Notes under the pieces: model-generated
What the model was told of the DNA's origin: nothing
Databases searched by the model: none
The model's input: the letters and a program-made list of their open reading frames with translations, nothing else
Shown: one piece after another, positions 10,679 through 19,898 of the stretch
Layout: each line of letters opens with the position of its first letter
Position numbering within the stretch: position 1 is the first letter of the stretch
Position numbers and translations under genes: made by a program
Source of the DNA: Candidatus Magasanikiibacteriota bacterium
GTDB taxonomy: Bacteria; Patescibacteriota; Patescibacteriia; Magasanikbacterales; GWA2-37-8
DNA: 64,000 nt
NCBI GenBank assembly: GCA_963840935.1
Contig: CAWJAS010000001.1
Location: 579,834-643,833 of the forward strand
Direction: 5' to 3'

Positions 10679-11551
10679 TTATTTCTTTTTTGTCGCTTTA
10701 ACGGCTCTTTTTTTGGTTGTCTTTTTTGGATTAACCACTTCTTCTGTTTCTTCGGCTTCAGCGTCCGACTGTTCATCGACTACTTCCTCCGGTTCTTTTT
10801 CTTCTTCCACAGCTTCCTTCTCTTCCGGTTCAACCGACTTCTTCTTTCCCGCGGAAAGATTACCTTCGGTATTTACGGCAATTATTTCAAAATGGTCCAT
10901 TAAAATTTTATTTGCTTCATATACCGCTTCTTTTGGACTGATTGTGCCGTTGGTTTCAATGGTGACTGAAAGTTTTTCGTAGTTGGTGATATCACCGACA
11001 CGGGTATATTCCACAAAATAACCGACGTCTTTAACCGGAGTATAAATAGAATCAATCACAATCGTGCCCAAATCATAATTACCGCGGTCTTTCTCTTCGG
11101 CGGTAATAAAACCGCGCCCTTTACCGACAATAATTTCCATTTCAAACGGCTTGTCGCTGGTTAAATGACAAATGACCAAATCCGGATTTAGAATATCCAC
11201 GTTGGAATTTGTTTCAATGTCTTTGGCTGTTACCGGGCCTTTGCCTTTTTTGCTCAAATTCAAAACAACATTATCATCGCCGTAAAGCTTAACTATTAAT
11301 TGTTTAACATTAAGCATTATTTCCACCACATCCTCTTTGATGCCTTCAATCGAGGTGAATTCATGTTGAACACCTCTAATCTTGAACGCTTCGACGGCAG
11401 CTCCAGGCAATGAAGACAAAAGAACTCTGCGCAAAGCATTGCCCAATGTCGTGCCATAACCATGGTAGCAAGGAGTTATAATCAATGTCGTCTTGCTCGA
11501 GTCTTCTCCTTCGGAAAACTCTATTTTTGACGGCAAAAGCAAATTCTCCAT
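10679..11551 (-). CDS. rpoA: RNA polymerase alpha subunit (NTD plus charged tail)
   Basis: GYGTTLGNALRRVLLSSLPGAA, HEF, DSIYTPV, TNGTISP. Confidence 0.96.
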   Translation of the reverse strand: MENLLLPSKIEFSEGEDSSKTTLIITPCYHGYGTTLGNALRRVLLSSLPGAAVEAFKIRGVQHEFTSIEGIKEDVVEIMLNVKQLIVKLYGDDNVVLNLSKKGKGPVTAKDIETNSNVDILNPDLVICHLTSDKPFEMEIIVGKGRGFITAEEKDRGNYDLGTIVIDSIYTPVKDVGYFVEYTRVGDITNYEKLSVTIETNGTISPKEAVYEANKILMDHFEIIAVNTEGNLSAGKKKSVEPEEKEAVEEEKEPEEVVDEQSDAEAEETEEVVNPKKTTKKRAVKATKKK

Positions 11552-11563
11552 ATTATATAAATA

Positions 11564-12193
11564 TTATCTTGAATAGAACTCAATAATTGATTGAGTATTA
11601 AAATTAGGATTATCCAAAGAAGGAGGATTTAACACTTTGAAGCTTAAAGATTTTGCGTCCACGCTGATCCAAGACGGGATTTCCGCTTTGGTCAAGTTTT
11701 CCGCAAGATTTTCTAAGCCTTTTTTGCTTTTAGCCGCCTCCTTTATTGTAACGACCATGCCCGGTTTTATTCTAAACGAAGGCACATCGACTTTGCGCCC
11801 GTTTACAGTGATAAAACCGTGCGAAACAAGCTGACGCGCGCCTAATCTTGATTTTGCGAAAGAAGCTCTGTAAACAGTATTGTCCAAGCGCGATTCCAAT
11901 AAATTAATTAAAATTTTTGAAGTATCACCCACTTTTCTTCCCGCCTCTTCAACCAATGTTCTGAATTGGCGTTCCAAAATACCGTAAATTCTTTTTACTT
12001 TTTGCTTTTCTTTTAATTGTTTGCCGTAACCGGATAATTTTTTTACTCTTTTTTTATTCGGTCCGTGCATGCCCGGCGGATAATTTCTGCGCGAAAATGG
12101 ACATTTTGGGCCCAAACATTTTTCGCCTTTAAGCATTAATTTTTCTCCGGCGGTACGGCACTGCGCGCATTTTGAATTGACTTTTACTGACAT
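11564..12193 (-). CDS. rpsD: 30S ribosomal protein S4
   Basis: CxxC N-terminus, LESRLDN, RQLVSHG, IIEFYSR. Confidence 0.98.
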   Translation of the reverse strand: MSVKVNSKCAQCRTAGEKLMLKGEKCLGPKCPFSRRNYPPGMHGPNKKRVKKLSGYGKQLKEKQKVKRIYGILERQFRTLVEEAGRKVGDTSKILINLLESRLDNTVYRASFAKSRLGARQLVSHGFITVNGRKVDVPSFRIKPGMVVTIKEAAKSKKGLENLAENLTKAEIPSWISVDAKSLSFKVLNPPSLDNPNFNTQSIIEFYSR

Positions 12194-12208
12194 AAAAAAA
12201 TTTTATTA

Positions 12209-12619
12209 TTAAACTCGTCTGCGCTTTGGCGGACGACAGCCGTTATGCGGAATCGGCGTAACATCGTTAATTGATAAAACATTAAGACCGTTAGTGTGAA
12301 GGGCTCTGATGGCGCCTTCTCTACCCGCGCCAATACCCTTAACAAAAACATTGACTTCTTTTACCGCGTAATCGGCAATTCTTTCCATAAGTGTTTTTAC
12401 AACCATGGATGCGGCGTATGGTGTGGCTTTTTTTGGCCCCTTAAAACCGGACATTCCGGCGGAAGCCCAGCCCAAAGCGTTCCCATTCGGGTCGGTGATG
12501 GTAATAATGGTATTGTTGTATGAGGCCTGGATATAGGCATTACCGCGAGGCACTTGTTTTAATACTTTCTTTTTTCTTTTGCCTTTATTTTTTGGTGTGG
12601 CCTTATTATCTTGAGTCAT
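12209..12619 (-). CDS. rpsK: 30S ribosomal protein S11
   Basis: ASYNNTI, TPYAA, DVTPIPHNGCRPPKRRRV. Confidence 0.98.
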   Translation of the reverse strand: MTQDNKATPKNKGKRKKKVLKQVPRGNAYIQASYNNTIITITDPNGNALGWASAGMSGFKGPKKATPYAASMVVKTLMERIADYAVKEVNVFVKGIGAGREGAIRALHTNGLNVLSINDVTPIPHNGCRPPKRRRV

Positions 12620-12636
12620 AATAAAATAATTTTAAC

Positions 12637-13023
12637 TTATGTCTTTATGCCGGACGGCTTACGACCGCTTCCCATTGTTTTTCTGGTATTTCCGCGGACT
12701 GTTCTGGAATTTGTTTTTGTGCGTTGTCCGTGAGCCGGCAAATGTTTTGTGTGGCGAACACCTCGATAGCATTTGATATCTTTGAGGCGTTTAATATTGG
12801 CTCCGACCTCTCGGCGCAAATCACCTTCGGTAAGATGGCTTTTTTCTACCAATGCTCTGAGTTTGTCTTGCTCGGCTTCGGATAAATCCTTGGTGCGAAT
12901 GCTTTCATCGACTTTTGCTTGCTTTAAGATTTTTTGGGCAAGCTTCGGGCCGATACCATGAACATACGTCAAAGACGCAACAATTCTTTTTTCTTTTGGT
13001 ATGATTATTCCTGCGATACGCAT
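12637..13023 (-). CDS. rpsM: 30S ribosomal protein S13
   Basis: MRIAG, EGDLRR, YRGVRH, GQRTKTNSRT. Confidence 0.98.
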   Translation of the reverse strand: MRIAGIIIPKEKRIVASLTYVHGIGPKLAQKILKQAKVDESIRTKDLSEAEQDKLRALVEKSHLTEGDLRREVGANIKRLKDIKCYRGVRHTKHLPAHGQRTKTNSRTVRGNTRKTMGSGRKPSGIKT

Positions 13024-13039
13024 AAAATTCTATAATAAA

Positions 13040-13153
13040 TTAACCCTGGCGCTGTTTGTGCTTGGGGTTCGCGCAAATAACATAAACACGCCCTTTGCGC
13101 CTAACAACCTTGCATTTTTGACAAATTTTTTTTGCTGATGATCTAACCTTCAT
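13040..13153 (-). CDS. rpmJ: 50S ribosomal protein L36 (37 aa, absent from the ORF track)
   Basis: Manual translation gives [37 protein letters not shown]. Confidence 0.97.
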   Translation of the reverse strand: MKVRSSAKKICQKCKVVRRKGRVYVICANPKHKQRQG

Positions 13154-13268
13154 AAGTCCAGTTTATTTTTTATTAAGCAAAAATATCAATCATTGCCGCG
13201 ATATCAACGCCTCTCATTAAAGAAAAGCTACACCGCAATGATTGATATTTGATATTTGTTTGATTTTT

Positions 13269-13484
13269 TTAATATCGAAAAGTAATCCTCCCTTTAGTCA
13301 GGTCGTACGGAGTCATCACCATTTTTATCTTATCGCCGATGCTCAATCGTATTTTGTGCATACGCATCTTGCCCGATAAGTGGGCGATAACTTCTTGACC
13401 GCTTTCGAGTCTTACTCTAAATGTTCCCGCCGGCAATAATTCTTCAATTTTGCCGTCGATTTCTATGGTGTCTTTGTTTGACAT
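13269..13484 (-). CDS. infA: Translation initiation factor IF-1
   Basis: [21 protein letters not shown]. Confidence 0.98.
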   Translation of the reverse strand: MSNKDTIEIDGKIEELLPAGTFRVRLESGQEVIAHLSGKMRMHKIRLSIGDKIKMVMTPYDLTKGRITFRY

Positions 13485-13512
13485 CTTTGTAAATTAGCAA
13501 TTTTGTGAATTA

Positions 13513-13541
13513 ATGATAACCTAAAATGAATTTAAAGTCAA
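13513..13541 (-). promoter_or_regulatory. sigma70-type promoter for the infA operon
   Basis: TTGACT-17 bp-TATCAT on the minus strand. Confidence 0.65.
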
Positions 13542-13648
13542 GCATTTTGAACCCTTTTTTTGCCTCTTAGCATGTTTGATATTTTTTGGCTAAAATTAGC
13601 AAAAAATTGAATGGATTAATAAATAATATGGTAAATTTAGCCAATTAT

Positions 13649-14068
13649 TCACATGGTCCGTTTTGGTTGTTTATAAACAAAACCGCGATAAAGTAAAAAA
13701 TTCCAGGATACTGACAGGGCGATATTAGCCAACCGCACAAGCAAATAATTAAAGCCCAGATTTTCGTTAAACAGGTACATCCAACCGATGGCGAACAAAT
13801 AATTCCCTGAAGCTATAATTAAAAATTTTATTACCTGCCGACCGGAATCTCCTTTTGAATCAAATGACCAATATTTGTTTAGAAAAAATATATAACAAAG
13901 AACAATAATCTGATTTATTACAACCGCAAATACCGGTTTCAGTCCAAAATATTCTTTTAAACAATATAGTGTGGCCAAATCTATAAAAACTCCGCTAGTT
14001 CCCGTTACAGCATATTTAAAAAACTGATAACGCATTGGCCAGAATTTTTTTGCCAAACCGATTATCAT
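13649..14068 (-). CDS. GtrA family protein
   Basis: QFFKYAVTG, FFLNKYWSF, WNFLLYRGFVY; about 4 TM segments. Confidence 0.85.
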   Translation of the reverse strand: MIIGLAKKFWPMRYQFFKYAVTGTSGVFIDLATLYCLKEYFGLKPVFAVVINQIIVLCYIFFLNKYWSFDSKGDSGRQVIKFLIIASGNYLFAIGWMYLFNENLGFNYLLVRLANIALSVSWNFLLYRGFVYKQPKRTM

Positions 14069-14071
14069 AAT

Positions 14072-15922
14072 TTAATTAAGTACCGCCTTAATTCGCCTCA
14101 CGCCGGCACTCACCGCTTCTTCTTTGATAATTTTGAAAGCGCCTAGTTCACCGGTATTTTTTACATGAGGGCCCCCGCAAATTTCACGACTGAAAGTGAG
14201 TGAATTTTCACTGGCGGAGGGTTTTTGGTCAGGGTCGCCAACAGAATATACTTTGACTTTGTTGCCGTATTTGTCATCAAACAACCCCATCGCCCCCTTT
14301 GCTTTTGCTTCGGCCACGGGAAGCTCTTCGCAAACTATCGGATAATTTTTATTGATAGCGTAATTAACCAATTCTTCAACGCGCTTTTTTTGTTCTTCAG
14401 TTAATTTCTCGGGATGCGAAAAATCAAAACGCAAACGTTCGGCGGTAATATTGCTTCCTTTCTGTTCCACGTGCTCACCCAAAACCGCGCGCAAAGCGCA
14501 TTGAAGCAAATGAGTGGCCGTGTGATATTTGACCGACATTTCACCTTGGTCGCAAAGCCCGCCTTTAAACTTTTTTTCCGCACCGGCGCGCGACAAATCC
14601 TGATGAGCCCGAAAGGCATGCTCAAAACCTTCAACCTCAACCGTCATTCCGTTTTCTTGCGCCAACTCCACGGTCATTTCAAGCGGAAAACCATAGGACT
14701 CATATAATTTAAATGCCTGCATCCCGCTTATCTCATTTATTTTCTCTCCGGTTTCTTCTTCGGCCTTGGCAAAACTCAAAACCAGTTTGTCAAATTCTTT
14801 AAGCCCTTGTTCAATTGTATTTCTGAATTTGCTTTCTTCTTTTGCCATTTCGGTCAAAACAAAATTTTTGTTGCAAACCAGTCCGGAATAAACCAACCCG
14901 AATAAATTAATTACTTCTTCGGCGATAGTACTGCAAAAATTTTCTTTCAAACTAATAATTCGACCATGACGCACTGCCCGACGAATCAAACGGCGAACAA
15001 TATATCCTTGGTCAACATTACTTGGAGCGACTCCCCTGTCGTCCCCCATTATCATCACGGACGCGCGAATGTGGTCCGCGACAATGCGCAATGATTTTGT
15101 GATTTCCGCGCTTTCAGTGTAATTATGGCCGGACAATTCTTCAATTTTTTGAATTATCGGGCGTAGGGTATCAACTTGAAACACATCGCCTAGTCCGTTC
15201 AAGGCAACGAGCGTCCGTTCAAGCCCCATTCCGGTATCAACATTAAATTGTTTAAGAGGAATATATTTTCCATCAGTTGTTTTATTGTATTGCATGAAAA
15301 CATTGTTCCAAATTTCGAGCCAGTTATCCGGGTCTGTTTTTGGGTCGCTTGATTCTGGCGGGAATTCACTTTCACCGCGCCACCAAAAAATTTCCGTATC
15401 CGGTCCGCATGGTCCTGTTTGACCGGCCGGTCCCCACCAATTATCCGCTTTTGATAAATAAGCGATTTTGTTTTCCGGCACTCCGCAATTTTTCCAAATC
15501 TCGGCTGATTCTTCATCTCGTGGCGCGTCATCGTCGCCTTCAAAAACCGTGACAGCGATTTTTTTGGGGTCCAAATTCAGCCAAGCCGGTGAAGTCAAAA
15601 ATTCCCAGCTCCATTCAATTGATTCTTTTTTAAAATAATCCCCAAGCGACCAGTTGCCGAGCATTTCAAAGAATGTGGCATGCCTATTGTCGCCAACATC
15701 ATCAATGTCTCCGGTACGAATGCATTTTTGCGCGCTGACCAATCTCTTGCCATCGGGATGAGATTCACCAAGCAAATATGGAACCAAGGGATGCATTCCG
15801 GCGGTGGTAAAAAGCGCTGTCGGGTCGTTTTCAGGAATCAAAGAAGCCGAAGGAATAATTTTGTGGTCCTTGGAAACAAAAAAATCCAAATATTTTTGTC
15901 TTAATTCAATTGATGAAATCAT
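14072..15922 (-). CDS. alaS: Alanine--tRNA ligase (no C-Ala domain)
   Basis: FTTAGM, HATFFEMLGN, DTGMGLER, HTATHLL, CGGPHV, GVRRIKA. Confidence 0.97.
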   Translation of the reverse strand: MISSIELRQKYLDFFVSKDHKIIPSASLIPENDPTALFTTAGMHPLVPYLLGESHPDGKRLVSAQKCIRTGDIDDVGDNRHATFFEMLGNWSLGDYFKKESIEWSWEFLTSPAWLNLDPKKIAVTVFEGDDDAPRDEESAEIWKNCGVPENKIAYLSKADNWWGPAGQTGPCGPDTEIFWWRGESEFPPESSDPKTDPDNWLEIWNNVFMQYNKTTDGKYIPLKQFNVDTGMGLERTLVALNGLGDVFQVDTLRPIIQKIEELSGHNYTESAEITKSLRIVADHIRASVMIMGDDRGVAPSNVDQGYIVRRLIRRAVRHGRIISLKENFCSTIAEEVINLFGLVYSGLVCNKNFVLTEMAKEESKFRNTIEQGLKEFDKLVLSFAKAEEETGEKINEISGMQAFKLYESYGFPLEMTVELAQENGMTVEVEGFEHAFRAHQDLSRAGAEKKFKGGLCDQGEMSVKYHTATHLLQCALRAVLGEHVEQKGSNITAERLRFDFSHPEKLTEEQKKRVEELVNYAINKNYPIVCEELPVAEAKAKGAMGLFDDKYGNKVKVYSVGDPDQKPSASENSLTFSREICGGPHVKNTGELGAFKIIKEEAVSAGVRRIKAVLN

Positions 15923-15927
15923 AATAA

Positions 15928-17079
15928 TTATTTTATCTCCCCTCCGCCCAAGCAAACGCCCTTAGAATAAAACACGGCGAATTGCCCCGGTGTTACCGCG
16001 CGTTGCGGTTGCGCGAATTTTACGATTAGATTACCACGTCGGCCTTTGGCCTTCTCGCAATGACATTGTTCAAGAGCCTGTCGGTGTCTAAGCCGTACTT
16101 CACATTTTAGCGGAAATTTGGGCTCTCGTCCAGCAATCCAATTGATATTTTTGACTTCCGCTTCGTTTGAATAAAGCATCGGGTCATTTTCAAATCCAAC
16201 TATCAATTGATTTTTTTTTGTATTTTTACCAACAATATATACCGACCGTTGGCTCTCATTTTTTAAACCAATTCTTTCTCCGATCGTATAAAAAGCCAAA
16301 CCGTCGTGCTCACCCAACACTTCACCCTTGGTTGAAGTGATGACGCCTTTTTTTGGTTTTATGGTTTTCATCAGGAATTTTTTCATCGGCACTTCGCCAA
16401 CAAAACAAATCCCCATGCTTTCTTCTTTTTGAGCCGTGGGCAAGCCGAATTTTTTGGCCAGATCCCTCACCTTCGTTTTTGGATACTCACCGATGGGAAA
16501 AATTATCTTTTTTAATTGCGTTTGATTAAGCTGATGCAAAAAATATGTCTGGTCTTTATTATCATCTTTTGCCGACAATAATTTGATTTTTTCTTTTTGT
16601 TCTTTTTTTGGAAATTTGATATTTGAAATTTGGAATTCCCGGTTTAACCGGGCATAGTGCCCGGTCGCCAAATAATCAAAACCTAATTTTTTTGCCTTTT
16701 GAAGCCAAGCGCCGAATTTAACAAATTTATTACACAGTACATCCGGATTCGGAGTTCTCCCGGCTTTGTATTCGCGGTACATATAGTCAAGCACAAATTT
16801 TTTGTACTCTCGCTTAAAGTCGAAACGCAAAAGAGGAATACCGATTTTTGCTGAAACCCGTAAAGCATCTTGATAATCGCCTCTCCAACAGGGCTTCGCT
16901 TCGCTACGCCCTGCAAGCGCCTCATGGGTGAATTTATCTGTAAAATCTTCATAATTAACCATAAAAGCGCCGGTCACATCATAGCCCAAGCGAACCAAAA
17001 GAGCGGCGGATACTGAAGAATCAACCCCGCCGGACATGGTGCATAATACTTTAATTTTTTTTGGTTTCGCGTTTTTCAT
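15928..17079 (-). CDS. mnmA: tRNA 2-thiouridylase MnmA with repeat-derived in-frame segments
   Basis: MSGGVDSS, PNPDVLCN, ATGHYA, KDQTYFL, SMGICF, AVTPGQ. Confidence 0.97.
   Translation of the reverse strand: MKNAKPKKIKVLCTMSGGVDSSVSAALLVRLGYDVTGAFMVNYEDFTDKFTHEALAGRSEAKPCWRGDYQDALRVSAKIGIPLLRFDFKREYKKFVLDYMYREYKAGRTPNPDVLCNKFVKFGAWLQKAKKLGFDYLATGHYARLNREFQISNIKFPKKEQKEKIKLLSAKDDNKDQTYFLHQLNQTQLKKIIFPIGEYPKTKVRDLAKKFGLPTAQKEESMGICFVGEVPMKKFLMKTIKPKKGVITSTKGEVLGEHDGLAFYTIGERIGLKNESQRSVYIVGKNTKKNQLIVGFENDPMLYSNEAEVKNINWIAGREPKFPLKCEVRLRHRQALEQCHCEKAKGRRGNLIVKFAQPQRAVTPGQFAVFYSKGVCLGGGEIK
16028..16065 (-). repeat. TGTCATT-tagged palindromic repeat (type C) inside mnmA
   Basis: agattaccacgtcggcctttggccttctcgcaatgaca; shares the end cttctcgcaatgaca with 47275-47314 and 51279-51318. 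Confidence 0.8.
16888..16921. repeat. Palindromic repeat (type D) inside mnmA
   Basis: acagggcttcgcttcgctacgccctg is identical to the copies at 47312 and 50951. Confidence 0.9.
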
Positions 17080-17126
17080 ACTTAATAATACTTATCATTA
17101 TACCCGAATTCCCATATTTATCAAAC

Positions 17127-17160
17127 AAAAAAACACTCCGGTTGTTTAACCGAAGTGCTT
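17127..17160 (-). terminator. Intrinsic terminator
   Basis: Minus strand cacttcggtt-aaac-aaccggagtg followed by a T run. Confidence 0.7.
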
Positions 17161-17172
17161 TAATTGGCTTTT

Positions 17173-17496
17173 TTAAGCCGCGCGTTTAGCGCGAAGACAG
17201 TCAACGCACAAAATTGCTTTGTCGCCGGACGGAATAAATGGCAATTTATCTATATGTTTGCCACAATCCGAACAGTTTACATCAACATCATGCATTTGTC
17301 TTGGACCGCGGTTATCGCGGAAACCGCCACGAGGCGCACTGGCTCTTTTTTCTTGCCAAAACGCGCGATTGCAATCGTTACAATAAACTTTGCGATCGCC
17401 AGACGGTTGGAACGGAAGCTGAGAGATATGGGCTCCGCACTTTGCGCATTCTAAGTCCACATCATACATCGGCTTGTCGTCGTTACCAAAAGACAT
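17173..17496 (-). CDS. Tandem CxxC-x17-CxxC-type zinc-ribbon protein
   Basis: Two repeats: CAKC..LPFQPSGDRKVYCNDC and CSDC..LPFIPSGDKAILCVDC. Confidence 0.88.
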   Translation of the reverse strand: MSFGNDDKPMYDVDLECAKCGAHISQLPFQPSGDRKVYCNDCNRAFWQEKRASAPRGGFRDNRGPRQMHDVDVNCSDCGKHIDKLPFIPSGDKAILCVDCLRAKRAA

Positions 17497-17617
17497 AATT
17501 TTCACAGATCTTAATTCCCAAAAATGTGTTTTGAGATTACTTATTTAATCGACCTTCCGCTTTGTTAAGCGGGATATTTGGGAACTACGCTATTCGCGGC
17601 CCAAAAATTACCGTTAT

Positions 17618-17646
17618 ATTATACCACAAAAAAAGGAAAAAGTCAA
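17618..17646 (-). promoter_or_regulatory. Near-consensus sigma70 promoter for the CxxC gene
   Basis: TTGACT-17 bp-TATAAT with extended TG. Confidence 0.75.
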
Positions 17647-17649
17647 TAG

Positions 17650-19458
17650 CTAATCATCGAACTCAACCACCTGCCCGGGCCTGATCGGATTTGATTTTAC
17701 CGGTTCGGTCGGCTTTGCCTGCTCAATCGGTTTTAATACTGGTGCAGACGGCGGATTATCCGGCTCCGCATTTGATTTGACTATCGGTATGGGATTTAAA
17801 ACAATCGGAGCCGAATTTTCTTCTTCTGCTTCGGCGATTATTTGACTCAAAGGGCGCGGAGCCGGATGATTCCTGGGTTTATCTTGCCTGGCGCCACGCG
17901 ATTGATTAAATTGTTTTTTACCTCCTTTATTTTGCTCATGCTGACCGCCGAATTTTTTTGCGGGCGCGGAATGTTGTGCCGGTCTTTCCTTCTTTTTTTC
18001 CGCCCGCTCGGCCTCGGCCGAAAGCTCTTCGTCGGTTTTTTTCTCTAATTGATCTTTAACCAAAAAATCACCTAATTTTTTTGGCGCGGAAGCCGGAGCC
18101 GGAGCGGGCTCATCTTCACCATCATCTTCTAGGCCAATTTCCAAACCGCTCCATCGTTTAATTTTTTCTTCGATTTTATCCCGTGGTGTGCCATACCGTT
18201 CGCGCGTCACTCTGATAACTTTTTCCGTACTGCCTGTCGCAAATCCAATCGGAGGCAAAGTCAAAGATGAAAATGGCCTGGAAGACACACCGTCAATCAT
18301 TAATTTTAAATAAATATTGAACTTCGGCAAATTTACCAAATCTTCTTCAATAAAAGTCGGCGCGAATTCTTTTGCCAAAATATCGGCATCGGTTGAACCG
18401 ACTCTGTATGTGACCAAACTGCCGACGTTACCGATAACCGCCGCCAAAACTTTTTCATCAAGTTGCTCCATATATTGGTGAGCCATAATCAATCCCAAAC
18501 GGTATTTGCGAGCTTCGGATAAAATATTGGCAAAACTTTCGGTGGCAAAATTTTGGAACTCATCAACATAAAGAAAAAAATCTTTACGCTCCTTTTCCGG
18601 AATATCGACTCTCTCCATTGCCGAAAGTTGAATTTTGGTGATAAGCATACCCCCCAATAAGCGCGAATTGTCTTCGCCAATTCTGCCTTTGGATAAATTC
18701 ATGATAAATATTTTTTTCGTGTCCATCATCTCGCGGATATTGATTCTGGATTTTACCTGCGCCACTATATTTCGAATAACCGAGGCCGATAAAAATTGAC
18801 CGATTTTGTTTTGGATAGGCGCCACCGCTTCCTGCTTGTAGCGGTCGTTATAGGCGGCGAATTCAGTTTCCCAAAAAGCCCTGACCACCGGGTCCTTTAA
18901 ACTGCGCACCACTCGCAAACGATAGTCTTCATCCGCCAAAAGACGATTAATACCGAGTAGTGTAGTATCCGGATAATCCAAAAGAGCAAGAATGGTGTTG
19001 TTTAAAATATATTCCATCCTCGCGCTCCAAACATCCGGCCAGATTTTTTTAAACACGCCCATGAGACCGGATGCCACCAAATGTTTGTGGTCGGGATTAA
19101 CTGTTTCCAAAATATTAAAACCGATCGGATAATTAATATCCGCCGGATTAAAGTAAACCACGTCATTGATGCGATTGGCGGGTATATAATCAATTATTTT
19201 TTCGGCAAAATCACCGTGCGGATCAACCAAACCAACTCCGTGCCCGGCATATATATCATTAAGAACCATGTTTTCAAGCATGGTTGTTTTGCCCATTCCG
19301 GTTTTGCCGACCACATACATGTGCCTGCGTCTGTCGTCCAATTTGATGCCGAATTTTCGGTATTGATTCCTGTAATTCGTCATCCCAAAGTAATTCACTT
19401 CAGCATTTGGCTCCACCAGCGGTTTTTTTTCGATTGGATTGTCATCTGCGTCTGTCAT
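17650..19458 (-). CDS. TraD/TrwB/HerA-like (type IV coupling protein-like) ATPase with low-complexity C-terminal tail
   Basis: DRRRHMYVVGKTGMGKT, DPHGD, YVDEFQNF, SEARKY, AHQY. Confidence 0.85.
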   Translation of the reverse strand: MTDADDNPIEKKPLVEPNAEVNYFGMTNYRNQYRKFGIKLDDRRRHMYVVGKTGMGKTTMLENMVLNDIYAGHGVGLVDPHGDFAEKIIDYIPANRINDVVYFNPADINYPIGFNILETVNPDHKHLVASGLMGVFKKIWPDVWSARMEYILNNTILALLDYPDTTLLGINRLLADEDYRLRVVRSLKDPVVRAFWETEFAAYNDRYKQEAVAPIQNKIGQFLSASVIRNIVAQVKSRINIREMMDTKKIFIMNLSKGRIGEDNSRLLGGMLITKIQLSAMERVDIPEKERKDFFLYVDEFQNFATESFANILSEARKYRLGLIMAHQYMEQLDEKVLAAVIGNVGSLVTYRVGSTDADILAKEFAPTFIEEDLVNLPKFNIYLKLMIDGVSSRPFSSLTLPPIGFATGSTEKVIRVTRERYGTPRDKIEEKIKRWSGLEIGLEDDGEDEPAPAPASAPKKLGDFLVKDQLEKKTDEELSAEAERAEKKKERPAQHSAPAKKFGGQHEQNKGGKKQFNQSRGARQDKPRNHPAPRPLSQIIAEAEEENSAPIVLNPIPIVKSNAEPDNPPSAPVLKPIEQAKPTEPVKSNPIRPGQVVEFDD

Positions 19459-19489
19459 AGCAATATTATACACCTTCCCGGCCTTTTCG

Positions 19490-19891
19490 TTAAGCGAATA
19501 GCTTGGCAATTTCCGCGACATCAATTTTTTCTTCCCTCTTTATTATGCTGTGCATTGACCCGCCTCCATCCCCTTCCCACCGCGGGAAAATATGCCAATG
19601 AACATGGGGCACTACTTGACCCGCGACCGGTCTGTCATTCGCGCCCACATTGTATCCTTCGGGCTTCAAAATCTCTTGGACTCTTTGCATGGCGCTGTAA
19701 AGCCCCAAAGAAAAATTAGCCCAATCAATCGAATTGAATTCAGACATGTTTTCAAAATGTTTTTTTGGCACAACCACGGTGTGCCCTTTGGCGTGCGGAT
19801 AAATATCCAAAAAAGCAAGAACGTGTTCGTCTTCATAAACCTTGTGGCACGGAATTTCACCGGCAATAATTTTGCAAAATAAACAATCCAT
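19490..19891 (-). CDS. HIT family hydrolase
   Basis: MDCLFCKII, GHTVVVPK, GQVVPHVHWH. Confidence 0.93.
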   Translation of the reverse strand: MDCLFCKIIAGEIPCHKVYEDEHVLAFLDIYPHAKGHTVVVPKKHFENMSEFNSIDWANFSLGLYSAMQRVQEILKPEGYNVGANDRPVAGQVVPHVHWHIFPRWEGDGGGSMHSIIKREEKIDVAEIAKLFA

Positions 19892-19898
19892 AAAAAAA

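Noticed and set aside
14072-15922. AlaRS truncation as a pseudogene
   Set aside because: Catalytic and editing motifs are intact and the gene ends cleanly; loss of C-Ala fits a compact variant.
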